Positions 30,866 to 41,658 of a stretch of DNA of 57,854 nucleotides are shown one piece after another. Made by a program: the position numbers and the translations under genes. Source of the stretch: Candidatus Yanofskybacteria bacterium (GTDB lineage Bacteria > Patescibacteriota > Minisyncoccia > 2-02-FULL-40-12 > GWA2-44-9); contig JACPNL010000009.1 of the NCBI GenBank assembly GCA_016185505.1, positions 1 to 57,854 of the forward strand, read 5' to 3'. Below the pieces are notes generated by a model. It ran no database searches, was not told the origin of the DNA, and saw nothing but the letters and a program-made list of their open reading frames with translations. Positions within the stretch are counted from its first letter, which is position 1. The number at the start of each line of letters is the position of its first letter.

Positions 30866-32911
30866 ATGAACAAGAAGCGAAAACTCCCAAAAATTACTAG
30901 AGCATTGCCTATGCTTTTTTTGTGGTTACTCATAATCGGAATTATTTCTTTCCTGGTCTTATTTATATACATCGAGCTGACCCTCCCCGCCCCTGAATCC
31001 ATCGCTGTACGGAAAGTCACCGAATCAACCAAGATATATGACAGGACCGGCGAGGCCCTTCTTTACGACATTCACGGCGAAGAGAGAAGGACAATTATTC
31101 CATGGGATCAAATATCAGAGTCGGCCAAGAAAGCGACCCTTGCTTCCGAAGACGCGGATTTTTACAACCACAAAGGACTAGACATCACGGGGATTATTAG
31201 AGCCCTGTTAAAAGACATCCGAGACTTAGACCTATCTCAAGGCGGTTCCACAATAACCCAACAGCTGGTCAAAAAGACCCTCATGGGCGACGCGAAGACG
31301 CTTACAAGAAAAATAAAGGAGGCGCTTTTGTCCATAGAAGTCGAGAAAAGATATACCAAGGACGAGATACTTTGGATGTATTTGAACCAGATCCCTTACG
31401 GTTCCAACGCTTACGGCATAGAGGCCGCTTCAAAAACATTCTTCGGTAAAACCGCGTCGGAATTGACAGTAAATGAGGCCGCGATACTCGCTTCTCTTAT
31501 CAAAGCTCCGTCATATTACTCCCCTTACGGCAACAATACTGACGCTTTAATAGTGAGAAAAAACACTCTGCTTGAGAGAATGGCGGCTCTGAATTTTATA
31601 ACGACCGACGAGTATGAAAAAGCGGCTAACGAAGAAGTAGAGTTCCGTCCAAGAATAATAAACATCCAAGCTCCCCATTTCGTTGTTATGGTAACAGAGT
31701 ATCTTGAAAATAAATACGGGAGAGACGCGGTCGAAAGCGGCGGCCTAAAAGTCATAACCACTCTTGACGCCGAACTTCAAACCGCGGCGGAAGAAACTGT
31801 CAGCAAATACGCCGAGATAAATAAAGAGAAGTACAAGGCGTCCAACGCCGCCCTTGTCGCGATTAATCCGAAAACCGGAGAATTACTATCGCTCGTCGGT
31901 TCTGTTAATTATTTCGACATTGAGAACGAAGGCAACTTCAATGTTGCAACCGCAAAAAGGCAGCCGGGTTCGGCGTTCAAGCCGTTTGCTTACGCTGTTG
32001 CTTTTCAAAAGGGATATCCTGACTTCACCGTCCTGTTTGATGTAAAGACCGAGTTCAGTCCGAACTGCGCGCCGGAAGCGGAACAAGAAAAGGACGAATA
32101 CGATCTTGACTGTTATCACCCGAGGAACTACGACGGAAGATTTAGAGGTCCGGTCACGATGAGGCAAGGCCTGGCCCAGTCACTGAATGTTCCTTCAGTA
32201 AAGACGCTGTATTTGGCCGGTGTGAGCGATACGCTAGATCTTGCTGAAAATATGGGTATCACCACACTTGAAGACAGATCAAGATTCGGACTATCTCTCG
32301 TTCTTGGCGGAGCCGAGGTCAAACCGGTGGATATTGTTTCCGCGTACGGCGTATTCGCCAACGACGGGACAAGGAACCCTTGGTATTTTATAAAAAGAAT
32401 CGAGTCGGCGAATGGTACAACCATAGAGAACAGCAGCCCTAACCCGAAAAGAGTTCTTGACCCTCAAACAGCGCGGCTTGTTTCAGATGTTTTGTCAGAC
32501 AATAGCGCTAGGGCACCGGTGTTCGGCTATTCAAGCTCTCTTTACTTCCCGGGAAGCTCGGTTGCGGCCAAAACAGGAACAACTCAAGAGAACAGAGATG
32601 CCTGGGTTATCGGTTATAGTCCAACTGTAGCAACCGGGGTTTGGGTCGGGAACAATAGACAGGAGTCGATGACACAGGAAGGGGCCGGCATAAGCGCCGG
32701 CGGTCCGATGTGGCATGAATTTATGGTAAAAGCGCTGACAAAGTTCCCGAACGAAGAATTTATCAAACCCGACCTTGTCTCTTCGTCTAAACCGATGTTA
32801 AACGGCAGCTACGACAATTCCGATCCTCACAACATCCTTTACTATGCCAATAAGAGCAGCGACCAGTTTGAGAACTGGGAGTTCGCAGTCCGAAGGTTTT
32901 TCGGGTTATAA
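30866..32911 (+). CDS. bifunctional class A penicillin-binding protein (glycosyltransferase + transpeptidase)
   Basis: EDADFYNHKG, GGSTITQQL, SAFKP, KTGT. Confidence 0.9.
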   Translation: MNKKRKLPKITRALPMLFLWLLIIGIISFLVLFIYIELTLPAPESIAVRKVTESTKIYDRTGEALLYDIHGEERRTIIPWDQISESAKKATLASEDADFYNHKGLDITGIIRALLKDIRDLDLSQGGSTITQQLVKKTLMGDAKTLTRKIKEALLSIEVEKRYTKDEILWMYLNQIPYGSNAYGIEAASKTFFGKTASELTVNEAAILASLIKAPSYYSPYGNNTDALIVRKNTLLERMAALNFITTDEYEKAANEEVEFRPRIINIQAPHFVVMVTEYLENKYGRDAVESGGLKVITTLDAELQTAAEETVSKYAEINKEKYKASNAALVAINPKTGELLSLVGSVNYFDIENEGNFNVATAKRQPGSAFKPFAYAVAFQKGYPDFTVLFDVKTEFSPNCAPEAEQEKDEYDLDCYHPRNYDGRFRGPVTMRQGLAQSLNVPSVKTLYLAGVSDTLDLAENMGITTLEDRSRFGLSLVLGGAEVKPVDIVSAYGVFANDGTRNPWYFIKRIESANGTTIENSSPNPKRVLDPQTARLVSDVLSDNSARAPVFGYSSSLYFPGSSVAAKTGTTQENRDAWVIGYSPTVATGVWVGNNRQESMTQEGAGISAGGPMWHEFMVKALTKFPNEEFIKPDLVSSSKPMLNGSYDNSDPHNILYYANKSSDQFENWEFAVRRFFGL

Positions 32912-32914
32912 TAA

Positions 32915-33050
32915 AATTATTCTAATTTTTCTAATTGCTCTAATTGACCTAAATAAATCCTAATAGCTAAATGACAAAAATTTAAACATTGGATATTTTG
33001 GTATTGGGATTTCTTTAGAATAATTAGATTAATTAGTATAATTAGGTCAA
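32915..33050. repeat. AT-rich long hairpin, aattaacctaatt family
   Basis: Same word family as 20071. Confidence 0.75.
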
Positions 33051-33053
33051 TTT

Positions 33054-33335
33054 TTATACCAACACCTTCCTAAATTCTACTCCTTCTTTTCTCAACCTAT
33101 CCTCAATAGTTCTTATCCTCAACGCGATCTCTTGAGCGATAATTTTGTTATCTGTCTCTATTTTTATAATTCCCTTATTGATCGTATAAGAAGGGAAGTA
33201 ATCCAGGTCCGCGTTTTTAAGGACTTCTTCTTTTACAAACTTAGCAAGCACTCCATCAACTTTTATTTTCATACTTAACTCGTCCTCAATTGCTTTTCTT
33301 TTTTTGTGGAAGAGAGAAGTGATATTTCTAAGCAT
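33054..33335 (-). CDS. DUF721/DciA-like small protein
   Basis: It lies downstream of dnaN. The pattern ..GIIKIETDNKIIAQEIALRIRTIEDRL.. fits the family. The start is set at ATG 33335. Confidence 0.45.
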   Translation of the reverse strand: MLRNITSLFHKKRKAIEDELSMKIKVDGVLAKFVKEEVLKNADLDYFPSYTINKGIIKIETDNKIIAQEIALRIRTIEDRLRKEGVEFRKVLV

Positions 33336-33431
33336 ATAAATAGTAATGCAAATCCGCAAATGACATGCGAATGCCACAAATATATTTGCTGTATTCGCAT
33401 AGATTTGTAGTTTTGCATTATATTCGAAGAT

Positions 33432-34523
33432 TTAGCTTCGTAACGGCATTATGAGATACGTGAGTTCCCTATTATTGTCGTGTGGCTTTATTATCAGCGG
33501 ATTGCCATTACCGGTAAATTCCAGCACAACCTTGTCGCTGTCCATTATCTTCAACCCATCCAACAAATAGTGATAATTAACCGAGATCTCAAAGGGATCG
33601 TTCTTCAACACAGCAGGGACGGTGGTTTCTATCTCTCCTTTATCAGAATTCTTGGATCTTATGACGATCGCGTCTTTTGAGCACAGAAGTCTAATATCGG
33701 AAATATTGGAAGAGAACAATCCTGCTAGACGGATGTCTTTTTCAAGATCGCCTTTCTGAACAAGGATACGAGATAAGAACTTGCTCGGTATCACTTTCTT
33801 ATAGTCAGGATAACTTCCGTCAATAAGACGCGAGATCAGTTCAAAGTCATTATTGTAAAATGAGACCTGATTATCTCCTATTTTCACTTCTATATCCCCG
33901 TCAATATCGCTTGTCATCCTTATCAGCTCCATAACCGTATTTCTGGGTATTATTACGCTGTGTTGACTGGAATTTTTCGCGTCAAGACAAACTTCCGACA
34001 AACGGAAGCTGTCGGTAGCCGCAAATATTAATTTTTTAGCGCTGAAATCGGCATAGATACCCGCTAACTCCGGCCTTGTTTCTGATATAGCAATCGCGTC
34101 AGCAACGGAATAAAGCATATTCCTCAATATTTTTGATGGTATAATGGCGACCGTACCCTCTTTCAACTTCGGGATAATAGGAAAGTCTTTAGGATCAAAC
34201 CCTAGAATTTGTGTCTTGTATTTGTCGGAATTAATGAACAGAATGTTGTTTTTTGTGCGCAACGTAATTTTTTCGTCGGATACGTTATTTATAAAATCCG
34301 AAGAAACTCTTGCTGGTATAGCTATTTCTCCTACCTCGTCTATCTTCGCCCCGATCATACAATTAATACCAATTTCAAGATTAGTTGAAGATACCCTTAA
34401 CCGGCCATTATCAGTTTTTATTAGTACATTATTCAGTATAGGCAAGGATGGATTTCTTGAGACGATCTTTTCAACTAGCCCCAAAGCTTTTCTTAAGTTT
34501 TTTTGATTTACAGTTACATTCAT
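33432..34523 (-). CDS. dnaN: DNA polymerase III beta sliding clamp
   Basis: Three-domain length, position after dnaA, N-terminal motifs L..AL..V..IV and LPIL..VLI. Confidence 0.85.
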   Translation of the reverse strand: MNVTVNQKNLRKALGLVEKIVSRNPSLPILNNVLIKTDNGRLRVSSTNLEIGINCMIGAKIDEVGEIAIPARVSSDFINNVSDEKITLRTKNNILFINSDKYKTQILGFDPKDFPIIPKLKEGTVAIIPSKILRNMLYSVADAIAISETRPELAGIYADFSAKKLIFAATDSFRLSEVCLDAKNSSQHSVIIPRNTVMELIRMTSDIDGDIEVKIGDNQVSFYNNDFELISRLIDGSYPDYKKVIPSKFLSRILVQKGDLEKDIRLAGLFSSNISDIRLLCSKDAIVIRSKNSDKGEIETTVPAVLKNDPFEISVNYHYLLDGLKIMDSDKVVLEFTGNGNPLIIKPHDNNRELTYLIMPLRS

Positions 34524-34547
34524 CCTGTTAGAAGTAATGAAAAGCAT

Positions 34548-35007
34548 CCACTACCCTTGTGCGGTGCCATATATTACTGATTGTTATATTATTAATATTC
34601 ATTGTGGTTTATTTTTTTAGAGTAACTCTAACGGGATTCATCTTTAATATTAATATTTAATTAATTTATTTATTATTACTATTATAGAAAGTATTTTTGT
34701 GGATAAAAGATACTTATGTGTTAAAAATCCAGTATTCAAAAGGGTAATTTCTTTTATAATTGGAAAACAAATTGTGTACAAATTATTTATTAACTATAGA
34801 ATAGTAGTTGAATATTTTGGATAATTTTCTTGTCTTTATATTTCTAAACTTTTAATTCACTCATTATCAACGGTTATTAAACAGACTTCTCCACAACCAC
34901 TACAAATTACAAATTTAACAAATATATAAATTATACAAATAATTAATTTATAGCCGAAACTATCAATTTGTAGATTTGTATATTAGTAAAGATTTGTAAT
35001 TTGTAGA
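34548..35007. other. putative oriC (dnaA-dnaN intergenic, AT-rich, DnaA boxes)
   Basis: Perfect TGTGGATAA at 34698-34706. One-mismatch boxes at 34816-34824 (tttggataa) and 34887-34895 (ttctccaca). Long A/T tracts. Confidence 0.55.
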
Positions 35008-36381
35008 TTATTTCTCAAATGAATTATAAACACGTTCTTTAATAAGAACCAACTCTTGTTTTAACGGCTCGTCAACAGATACTTCTGACTTTATCTTTTC
35101 ACAAGCGTGAATTACTGTCGAATGATCTCTACCCCCTAATTTCTGGCCTATTTCAGGAAAAGACAGTTTGGTTTCCTCTCTTAATAAGAACATAGCCACT
35201 TGTCTCGGCTTTACAACTTCCTTCTTGCGGCTTCTTTTAATAAGATCACCGCCTGAAATACTGTAAAAATCAGCCACTGCTTTAAGTATAGACTGCGGAG
35301 ATGTTTTTTTGTAAGGAGTAGTTAGGTAAGTATTTAGGATATTCTTTACCTCTTTTGTGTCCGGAGTTCTATTATAGATCTGGCTGAAAGCGCCCACTCG
35401 ATTCAAAGCTCCTTCCAGTTCTCTTACATTTTTTTGAATATGGGTAGCGATGTAAACAAATGTCTCTTCATTAAAATCATAGTTTTTTTCACGGCTTTTT
35501 TGTTTAAGTATCGCCAAGCGCGTTTCAAAGTCAGGGATACCAATATCCGCTATCATACCGCCCTCGAAACGCGATCTTAAGCGTTCTTCTAATGTTGGGA
35601 TTGATTGAGGAGGTCTGTCAGACGACAAAACAATCTGTTTATTCTTTCCGTAGAGCTCATTAAAAGTGGAAAAAACTATTTCCTGGGTTTTTTCTTTACC
35701 GGCTATAAACTGGATGTCATCTATTATTAAAAGGTCCAATTGGGCGTATTTGGACTTTAAGTCCTCAATTGTTCTATTCATAATCGTTTCTGTGATATTG
35801 CTGGTGAATTTCTCGGCTGATATATAAAGTATGTTTTTTGAACTGTTTTCTCCTAAAACCTTGTTGCCTATTGCTTGAAGAAGGTGGGTTTTGCCCAACC
35901 CCACCCCGCCGTAGAGGAACAGAGGATTATAAAGCTTGCCCAGATTCTTTGTTACAGCCAAACACGCCGCGTGAGCCAACTCGTTGTTCGATCCGACAAT
36001 AAATGACTCAAAAGTATATTTTTTGTTTAAGTTGGTGGCCCCGTCTATATCTTTGTCTGCGCCACTGTCGGATTCGGACTCAAGCTCCTTTTCTAACAGA
36101 ACGTTGGAAAAATCGCGCCTGGCCAATTCTATCTTCGGACGACCTATGGTATAGCGGACTTCTCTTATCTCCGGGTTCTGGTTTCTAATCGATTCGAGAA
36201 TTCTCTTATTAAATTTATTCTCAAGCCACTCTTTAATGAAGCCATTAGGCACACTAACAACTACCGCGTTCTTGTCTTTAGACAAAACGGAAGTGTTTTT
36301 AAACCAAGTAGTGAAATTGGCTCTTGTAAGAGATAATTCCATTTCACCAAGGACCGCTTTCCAAAGTTCTTCGTTAGTCAT
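35008..36381 (-). CDS. dnaA: chromosomal replication initiator DnaA
   Basis: Walker A GGVGLGKTHLL, LLIDDIQF, and the C-terminal DNA-binding region GGRDHSTVIHA. Confidence 0.95.
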   Translation of the reverse strand: MTNEELWKAVLGEMELSLTRANFTTWFKNTSVLSKDKNAVVVSVPNGFIKEWLENKFNKRILESIRNQNPEIREVRYTIGRPKIELARRDFSNVLLEKELESESDSGADKDIDGATNLNKKYTFESFIVGSNNELAHAACLAVTKNLGKLYNPLFLYGGVGLGKTHLLQAIGNKVLGENSSKNILYISAEKFTSNITETIMNRTIEDLKSKYAQLDLLIIDDIQFIAGKEKTQEIVFSTFNELYGKNKQIVLSSDRPPQSIPTLEERLRSRFEGGMIADIGIPDFETRLAILKQKSREKNYDFNEETFVYIATHIQKNVRELEGALNRVGAFSQIYNRTPDTKEVKNILNTYLTTPYKKTSPQSILKAVADFYSISGGDLIKRSRKKEVVKPRQVAMFLLREETKLSFPEIGQKLGGRDHSTVIHACEKIKSEVSVDEPLKQELVLIKERVYNSFEK

Positions 36382-36650
36382 ATCATCTACGAATTACTAA
36401 TCTGTACGAATATACAAATCTACCGAAACCGATGTACGAATCGAGCTGAGCTCGACGAATATACGAATTGACGGTTTCGGCTACGAATCAGTGATTTGTA
36501 AAATTAGTATATTTGCTAGATTTGTAATTTGTAGTTACCTAGTATGTAAACTACTATCCACTCTAATAAAAAATTCAAACAAGTAAAACAATCGCAACGT
36601 GTATATCTTGTTCATAACTTATACAAGTAAAAAAAAGATTACAATATTGA

Positions 36651-36731
36651 CCCCTCACCTTTTAGTCAGTGTAATTTTTCTTATTTAAAATTTTTCCTGA
36701 AATTTTAAAAATCTGACTAAAAGGTGAGGGG
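36651..36731. repeat. 19-bp perfect stem cccctcaccttttagtcag..ctgactaaaaggtgagggg with a 43-nt AT loop
   Basis: Read directly. It shares the ccctcac..gtgaggg core with the island terminators at 6204 and 7940. Confidence 0.8.
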
Positions 36732-36875
36732 TTGACAGAATATAATATAAAATTGACTCACCTCCGAAAAAATAATAGTATGATAAAGTAATTAAGGCGA
36801 TATCATCTCTAGCAAGTAGAGACGAGGGAGAATGGTTCCTTCGGCTCAACGCGCGGACAATATCGGCACGGGGAC

Positions 36876-37013
36876 GTGAAAACAACATTATACAGGCCAA
36901 AAAAGAAGAAGAGAAAGAAAAAACACGGTTTTCTTGCAAGGTCAAGTTCAAGATACGGTAAAAGGGTTTTAATAAGGAGGAGGAGAAAGGGCAGGAAAAA
37001 CCTTACGGTTTAA
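36876..37013 (+). CDS. rpmH: 50S ribosomal protein L34
   Basis: GTG start. [45 protein letters not shown]. Below the ORF-track cutoff. Confidence 0.85.
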   Translation: MKTTLYRPKKKKRKKKHGFLARSSSRYGKRVLIRRRRKGRKNLTV

Positions 37014-37148
37014 ATTAACCTAATTTCTAATTAACCTAATTATTCTGAACAAACCCCAATACCAAAATGTCTAATGTCTAAAGATTTTAGTCATTAGGTC
37101 ATTGGGATTTATTTAGGTCAATTAGGTTAATTAGAATAATTAGAAATT
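37013..37148. repeat. AT-rich long hairpin, aattaacctaatt family
   Basis: It starts at the rpmH stop codon. Confidence 0.75.
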
Positions 37149-37153
37149 TTGAC

Positions 37154-37489
37154 GTGGCTCTACCCAAGAAGAACAGATTAACCAGCAAGAAGGACATAGA
37201 TCATGTTTTCAAGCGCGGAAGGACTGTTAAGGGCAGTTTTTTGTTTATCAAGCGGTTGGATAACCCAAAAGGATACTCCAGATTTGCTTTTGTTGTTTCG
37301 TCAAAATATGTTTCCCTTGCTGTAGACAGGAACAGAATAAAGAGAATGTTTTCTGAAAAAGTAAGAAGAACCCCGGCGTTATTAGAACACGGCTACGATA
37401 TGGTTGTGGTAATACATAAGAAGGTAGAGAGAGAACAGTTTAAAGAGTTGGGGGAAGAATTGAGGGAAATCTTGTTTAAATTAACCTAA
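37154..37489 (+). CDS. rnpA: ribonuclease P protein component
   Basis: KKNRLTSKKDIDHVFKRG and the position after rpmH. Confidence 0.85.
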   Translation: MALPKKNRLTSKKDIDHVFKRGRTVKGSFLFIKRLDNPKGYSRFAFVVSSKYVSLAVDRNRIKRMFSEKVRRTPALLEHGYDMVVVIHKKVEREQFKELGEELREILFKLT

Positions 37490-37668
37490 TTATACTAATT
37501 AACCTAATTATTCTAATCAAATCCCAATGTCTAATTACGAAATGCTTAAAACGTTTTAGACATTAGTCGTTAGGTTATTGGGATTTATTTAGGTCAACTC
37601 CGACGCTTGCGGTCGGAGAGCCGACTGATAACGTCGGCTTTAGAGCAATTAGAATAATTAGAAATTAA
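37478..37668. repeat. AT-rich long hairpin (aattaacctaatt family) with a GC double-hairpin element nested at 37598-37638
   Basis: The left arm encodes the last rnpA codons and its stop. The right arm is interrupted by ctccgac..gtcggag + agccgac..gtcggc. Confidence 0.75.
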
Positions 37669-37673
37669 TAACT

Positions 37674-37904
37674 GTGAAAAAGTTGTTACTAAAAACAATC
37701 TTCGGGTACAAGCGAGTATCTACTATTTTTCGAGAAATCCGGTTTCCTCTTTTTATTTACACGGACTGCAAATACCACCCTTCCTGCTCCGATTACGCGG
37801 TTGAGGCGATAAACAAGCACGGGGCATTAAAAGGTTCAACAAAATCACTTCTGCGTATTTTGAAGTGCTCCCCTTTTTCAAAAGGAGGAATAGACCAGCC
37901 GTAA
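37674..37904 (+). CDS. yidD: membrane protein insertion efficiency factor YidD
   Basis: CKYHPSCSDYAVEAINKHG. Confidence 0.85.
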   Translation: MKKLLLKTIFGYKRVSTIFREIRFPLFIYTDCKYHPSCSDYAVEAINKHGALKGSTKSLLRILKCSPFSKGGIDQP

Positions 37905-38024
37905 ACACAAAACAAATCGTTGGACCGCTTCGCTTGTTTGAGATGTTCGAATTGATGGATCGCTATCGCTTGATATTTTCCTCAACATCTCCAACATCTC
38001 GAACATTTCCAACATTTCAAACAG

Positions 38025-38774
38025 ATGATAGGTATCTACAACGAAATCTTATATCGTCCGCTGTTCAATATAATGGTCTATCTCCAGGGCGTAATTCCCG
38101 GTGGCGACTTGGGGCTGACCATCGTTGTTTTGACTGTGCTTATACGGGTTTTGTTTTCTCCTCTGTCGCTGAAGACTATTAAATCACAGCAGTCAATGAA
38201 GGAATTGTCTCCCAAGATTGAAGAAGTGAAAGCAAAATTTAAGGACGATAAAGCCGCGCAATCAGCCGCTATTATGAAATTGTATAAAGATAATAACGTT
38301 AATCCTTTGGCAGGATGTCTGCCCTTATTAATACAGTTGCCGATACTCATAGCTTTATATCAGGTGTTTATTAGAGGGATCACCCCTGAAAGTTTGACTC
38401 TCCTTTACGGTTTTATCTCCGCGCCGGAGGTTATTCACCATAATTTCCTTGGGATTTTTGATGTTACGGCAAGAAGCCGCCTCTTAACTCTATTCGCCGG
38501 AGGATTTCAGTTTATTCAATCAAAACAAAGCATGGCTCTGCAAGCTGATGGCGGCGATTCGCCAGCCGGCGGAAAGGAAATGGCGGCTTTGAGCAAGCAA
38601 ATGTTGTATTTTTTCCCAATTATGATTATAATTATCGGTTGGAACTTGCCGGCTGGGCTTATCTTGTACTGGATAGCAACCACGGTATTTTCGGTGTTTG
38701 AACAGACGTATATTAGAGGAAAAAGCACAAAACCCAGACACGCACAAAATACAGATAGAATGTCTAATTCCTAA
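38025..38774 (+). CDS. yidC: membrane protein insertase YidC (short form)
   Basis: NPLAGCLPLLIQLPILIALY and a C-terminal basic tail. Confidence 0.85.
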   Translation: MIGIYNEILYRPLFNIMVYLQGVIPGGDLGLTIVVLTVLIRVLFSPLSLKTIKSQQSMKELSPKIEEVKAKFKDDKAAQSAAIMKLYKDNNVNPLAGCLPLLIQLPILIALYQVFIRGITPESLTLLYGFISAPEVIHHNFLGIFDVTARSRLLTLFAGGFQFIQSKQSMALQADGGDSPAGGKEMAALSKQMLYFFPIMIIIIGWNLPAGLILYWIATTVFSVFEQTYIRGKSTKPRHAQNTDRMSNS

Positions 38775-38891
38775 TTACTAATTTCTAATGAAATGTTCAA
38801 TGTTAAATTTTAAAAAATTGAGGCATTGGACATTGGGACATTAGAAATTTTATTAGAAATTAGATATTAGGTATTAGAAATTTATAAGTTT

Positions 38892-39383
38892 ATGGATACT
38901 AATCAACAACCTCAAAATAAGTTAGACAAAGATACTATAATAGCCACAGTAAAAAGGTTGGTTGGTTTTATGAACATTGAATGCCAGATTGAAGCAAAAG
39001 AAGAACCCGCTGACAACTATGGAGAGGGAGCCGTTGTTGTGGCTATTCAAACGCTTGATGACGCTAGATTTTTAATTGGCAAGAGTGGCCAAAATCTGCA
39101 GGCCCTGGAGCATATTTTAAGAGCTATGTTGGTAAAAAACGGCAAGGAAGGCACTATTATTTTGGATGTAAATGATTATAAGAAGTCCCGGGCCACCTAT
39201 CTTATTGACGTGGCCAAACAAACGGTTGCAAGAGTAAGGAATACGCAGAAGGCCGAGGCCTTGTTCCCGATGTCGGCTTATGAAAGACGCATAGTCCACA
39301 TGGAGCTCGCGGCTTATCCTGATATTGCCACGGAGAGTATAGGCGCGGAGCCGCAAAGGAGGGTTATAGTCAAACCGCTGTAA
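38892..39383 (+). CDS. jag: Jag/KhpB-like RNA-binding protein (KH + R3H)
   Basis: GKSGQNLQALEHIL (KH) and ERRIVHMELA (R3H). Confidence 0.75.
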   Translation: MDTNQQPQNKLDKDTIIATVKRLVGFMNIECQIEAKEEPADNYGEGAVVVAIQTLDDARFLIGKSGQNLQALEHILRAMLVKNGKEGTIILDVNDYKKSRATYLIDVAKQTVARVRNTQKAEALFPMSAYERRIVHMELAAYPDIATESIGAEPQRRVIVKPL

Positions 39384-39496
39384 ACCACAGAAGCACGGAA
39401 GAACCTGAAGACGCGGAACAAATATCAACCCAGCTAAGCTGGGCTGACATCGCAAGTCCCTTGGCCTTGCGATGTCACTGATCCCTATTCGTTGCC

Positions 39497-40606
39497 CTAC
39501 TTTATCTTTAACACATATAATTTGCTGTCTATATCGTTGAGGACGAATAGAGTGTCTCCTGAACGGTTGATGGACATCTCTTTGACTAACAAGTTGATGT
39601 CCGGCGTTGCGACCAAGTCAGACTTGGTTGCGGCCAGTGTTTTGGAGCCGTCGATTAGGTTAATTTTGTAAAACCCGTCTTTTACTTGGGCTTTATCCGT
39701 AATTCCGCAAATAATATTTTCCTCATTTGTCCAAACGCATTTTGAGGCGTTGGTATCTACGCCCAAAGCGGTGATTGCTCCGCTGTTTTTTATGTCTTTA
39801 TAAAATAGTTGAGTAGGGACAGCGGCGTCTTTAGTAGAAAATATTATTTTTTCTCCTACCGGCGACCATTTTACTTCTAGATTGTGTTGATATGATAAAA
39901 CTTTGTTAAGCGCGCTATCCAATGAAAGCACAAATAGGTCGCCAGAGCCGTCTTTGTCGTAGGATATTATGGATATAATATTTTCTGATGGCCAACTGAC
40001 TGTCGCGGCGCCGATCCGTGTTTTGAGCGCTCTCTTAATAATTTTCCCGTCTTTCGCTATAAGCAGTTCTCCCTCATTGTCATTATTAACTAAATATACC
40101 GTTTGACTGCCATCCGGCGAGAACGCGGCCGACTTTAAATCGCCCTCTATCTTACTTGATTTTCTGGTTTTCATATTATAATAAACCCATTTCTTATCGT
40201 TTGCCGTACCATAAAATGAGAAAATAACAGCATTGCCTGCTGGCGAAAGTGTTGCCTCTACGACGCTGGTCTGGTCGGCATAAACCACTTTTTCGGTTAA
40301 ATCAGCGGTGTTTATTTCAACTATATTGCCGTTGCTTGCTACCGCTACGATCTTTTTGGAGTCTGTAAACGGCTGGACGAAAGTAGTAAATTTTCGACTG
40401 CTCAAAGGCAGGGTGTTTGGGGCACTATCTTCAGACAAACCGGCCTCAACCTTGTTGCTAAATCTATCTGTGAGCAGACCGGCTTGCCCGCCTAAGTTTT
40501 GCTTCGCAAAATTTTGGCGAGTTTCCGACATAAGCAAATACCCCGACAAAAAGGCAACAGCGCCGAGGGTTATAAATACAGATATCAATAGTACATTCCT
40601 TTCCAT
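39497..40606 (-). CDS. membrane-anchored PD40/TolB-like beta-propeller protein
   Basis: N-terminal TM helix. Repeated ..SP(D/A)G..(I/V).. blades (LSPAGNAVIF, FSPDGSQTVY, WSPVGEKIIF). Confidence 0.55.
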   Translation of the reverse strand: MERNVLLISVFITLGAVAFLSGYLLMSETRQNFAKQNLGGQAGLLTDRFSNKVEAGLSEDSAPNTLPLSSRKFTTFVQPFTDSKKIVAVASNGNIVEINTADLTEKVVYADQTSVVEATLSPAGNAVIFSFYGTANDKKWVYYNMKTRKSSKIEGDLKSAAFSPDGSQTVYLVNNDNEGELLIAKDGKIIKRALKTRIGAATVSWPSENIISIISYDKDGSGDLFVLSLDSALNKVLSYQHNLEVKWSPVGEKIIFSTKDAAVPTQLFYKDIKNSGAITALGVDTNASKCVWTNEENIICGITDKAQVKDGFYKINLIDGSKTLAATKSDLVATPDINLLVKEMSINRSGDTLFVLNDIDSKLYVLKIK

Positions 40607-40798
40607 ATGAGTTTGAGTTTCAAAAGCCGGTACTGTTAGGTAGGTTTTAATTTCTAATATCTAATATCTAATTTCTAAACAATATCAAAATCCAAAACCT
40701 AAATATCAAAGCAGCCAGTTCTTATTGTTTTTTTTATTTTTTCTCTGACCATTTGATATTTAAGATTATTTAGAGACTAGGATTTAGAGATTGTGTAC

Positions 40799-41518
40799 TT
40801 ACGCGGTTCCTGTTTCTCCGGTCGTTTCTAATACTGAATCCGATGATTCTCGAGCGTTTTTGTAGCTTTCTTTCTCGGCCCTATAGCTTAACCAAATTCC
40901 GACTAGCATCCAGGGCACAAGCGCGAGAAATGGCACCAGATTTAAGGCGCCGGCTACCGCGGATCTTACTATCGGGTTCTTTGTGTTTTTGGCCACTCTC
41001 CTTAACGCTACTCTTGCCCGTCTTATAGTTCTCAAATGGAGCTTGCGATATAGTTGTTTTGCTCCCGGAATTTTTCTGCTCAATCTGGCTACCGTTAAAA
41101 CGTTTTTTTCAGCGTTGGCTATTCTCGCAGCAATTATCTCTGCCTTTTTTTGAATGTTCTCAACGTATTCGTCGGCTCGTTTTTGTTTCGTGTTTGTGAA
41201 CCAAAAAATAAGAATTATAGTAGTTGAAGCGGCGAAAGAAACCGCTCTTCCTATTAGTATTCCTAATCCGCTTAGGTCCACAAAGTCTATAACATCAACA
41301 ATCGTTGCAAGGGGGGCAAGTATGGCAAGGTATTTGAAATAAGATGGATGACGGAATTCCTGTCCTTGGTTGTATAATCCTGTTGCTTCCGCTTGAGCGG
41401 CATAAAGCTCTTGCTCTGCGGCAAGTTCGGTAGCGTACTGCTCTTCCTCGGCAAAGGATTCGTCAACGTTAGGGTTATCGTAGGTATTTTGGTTTTCTGC
41501 AAGTTGCGCCATAGACAT
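40799..41518 (-). CDS. hypothetical membrane protein
   Basis: 239 aa with three hydrophobic segments, adjacent to the T4SS-like genes. Confidence 0.45.
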   Translation of the reverse strand: MSMAQLAENQNTYDNPNVDESFAEEEQYATELAAEQELYAAQAEATGLYNQGQEFRHPSYFKYLAILAPLATIVDVIDFVDLSGLGILIGRAVSFAASTTIILIFWFTNTKQKRADEYVENIQKKAEIIAARIANAEKNVLTVARLSRKIPGAKQLYRKLHLRTIRRARVALRRVAKNTKNPIVRSAVAGALNLVPFLALVPWMLVGIWLSYRAEKESYKNARESSDSVLETTGETGTA

Positions 41519-41658
41519 CAGTGTTTAAATCTACGAATTACGAATTACTTACGAATATACGAATAATTAATTCGTAGCCGAAACTGTAAATTCGTAATTC
41601 GTACATCAGTTTCGGTAGTATTCGTACATTCGTTTAGATTCGTAATTAGTAGTAGAAA

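Noticed and set aside
36832-36878. ATG-initiated 15-codon ORF ([15 protein letters not shown]) just upstream of rpmH, considered as an alternative rpmH start.
   Set aside because: It is out of frame with L34 and stops at the TGA overlapping the GTG start. The sequence is a copy of the gacaatatcggcacgggg repeat also found in nusA.
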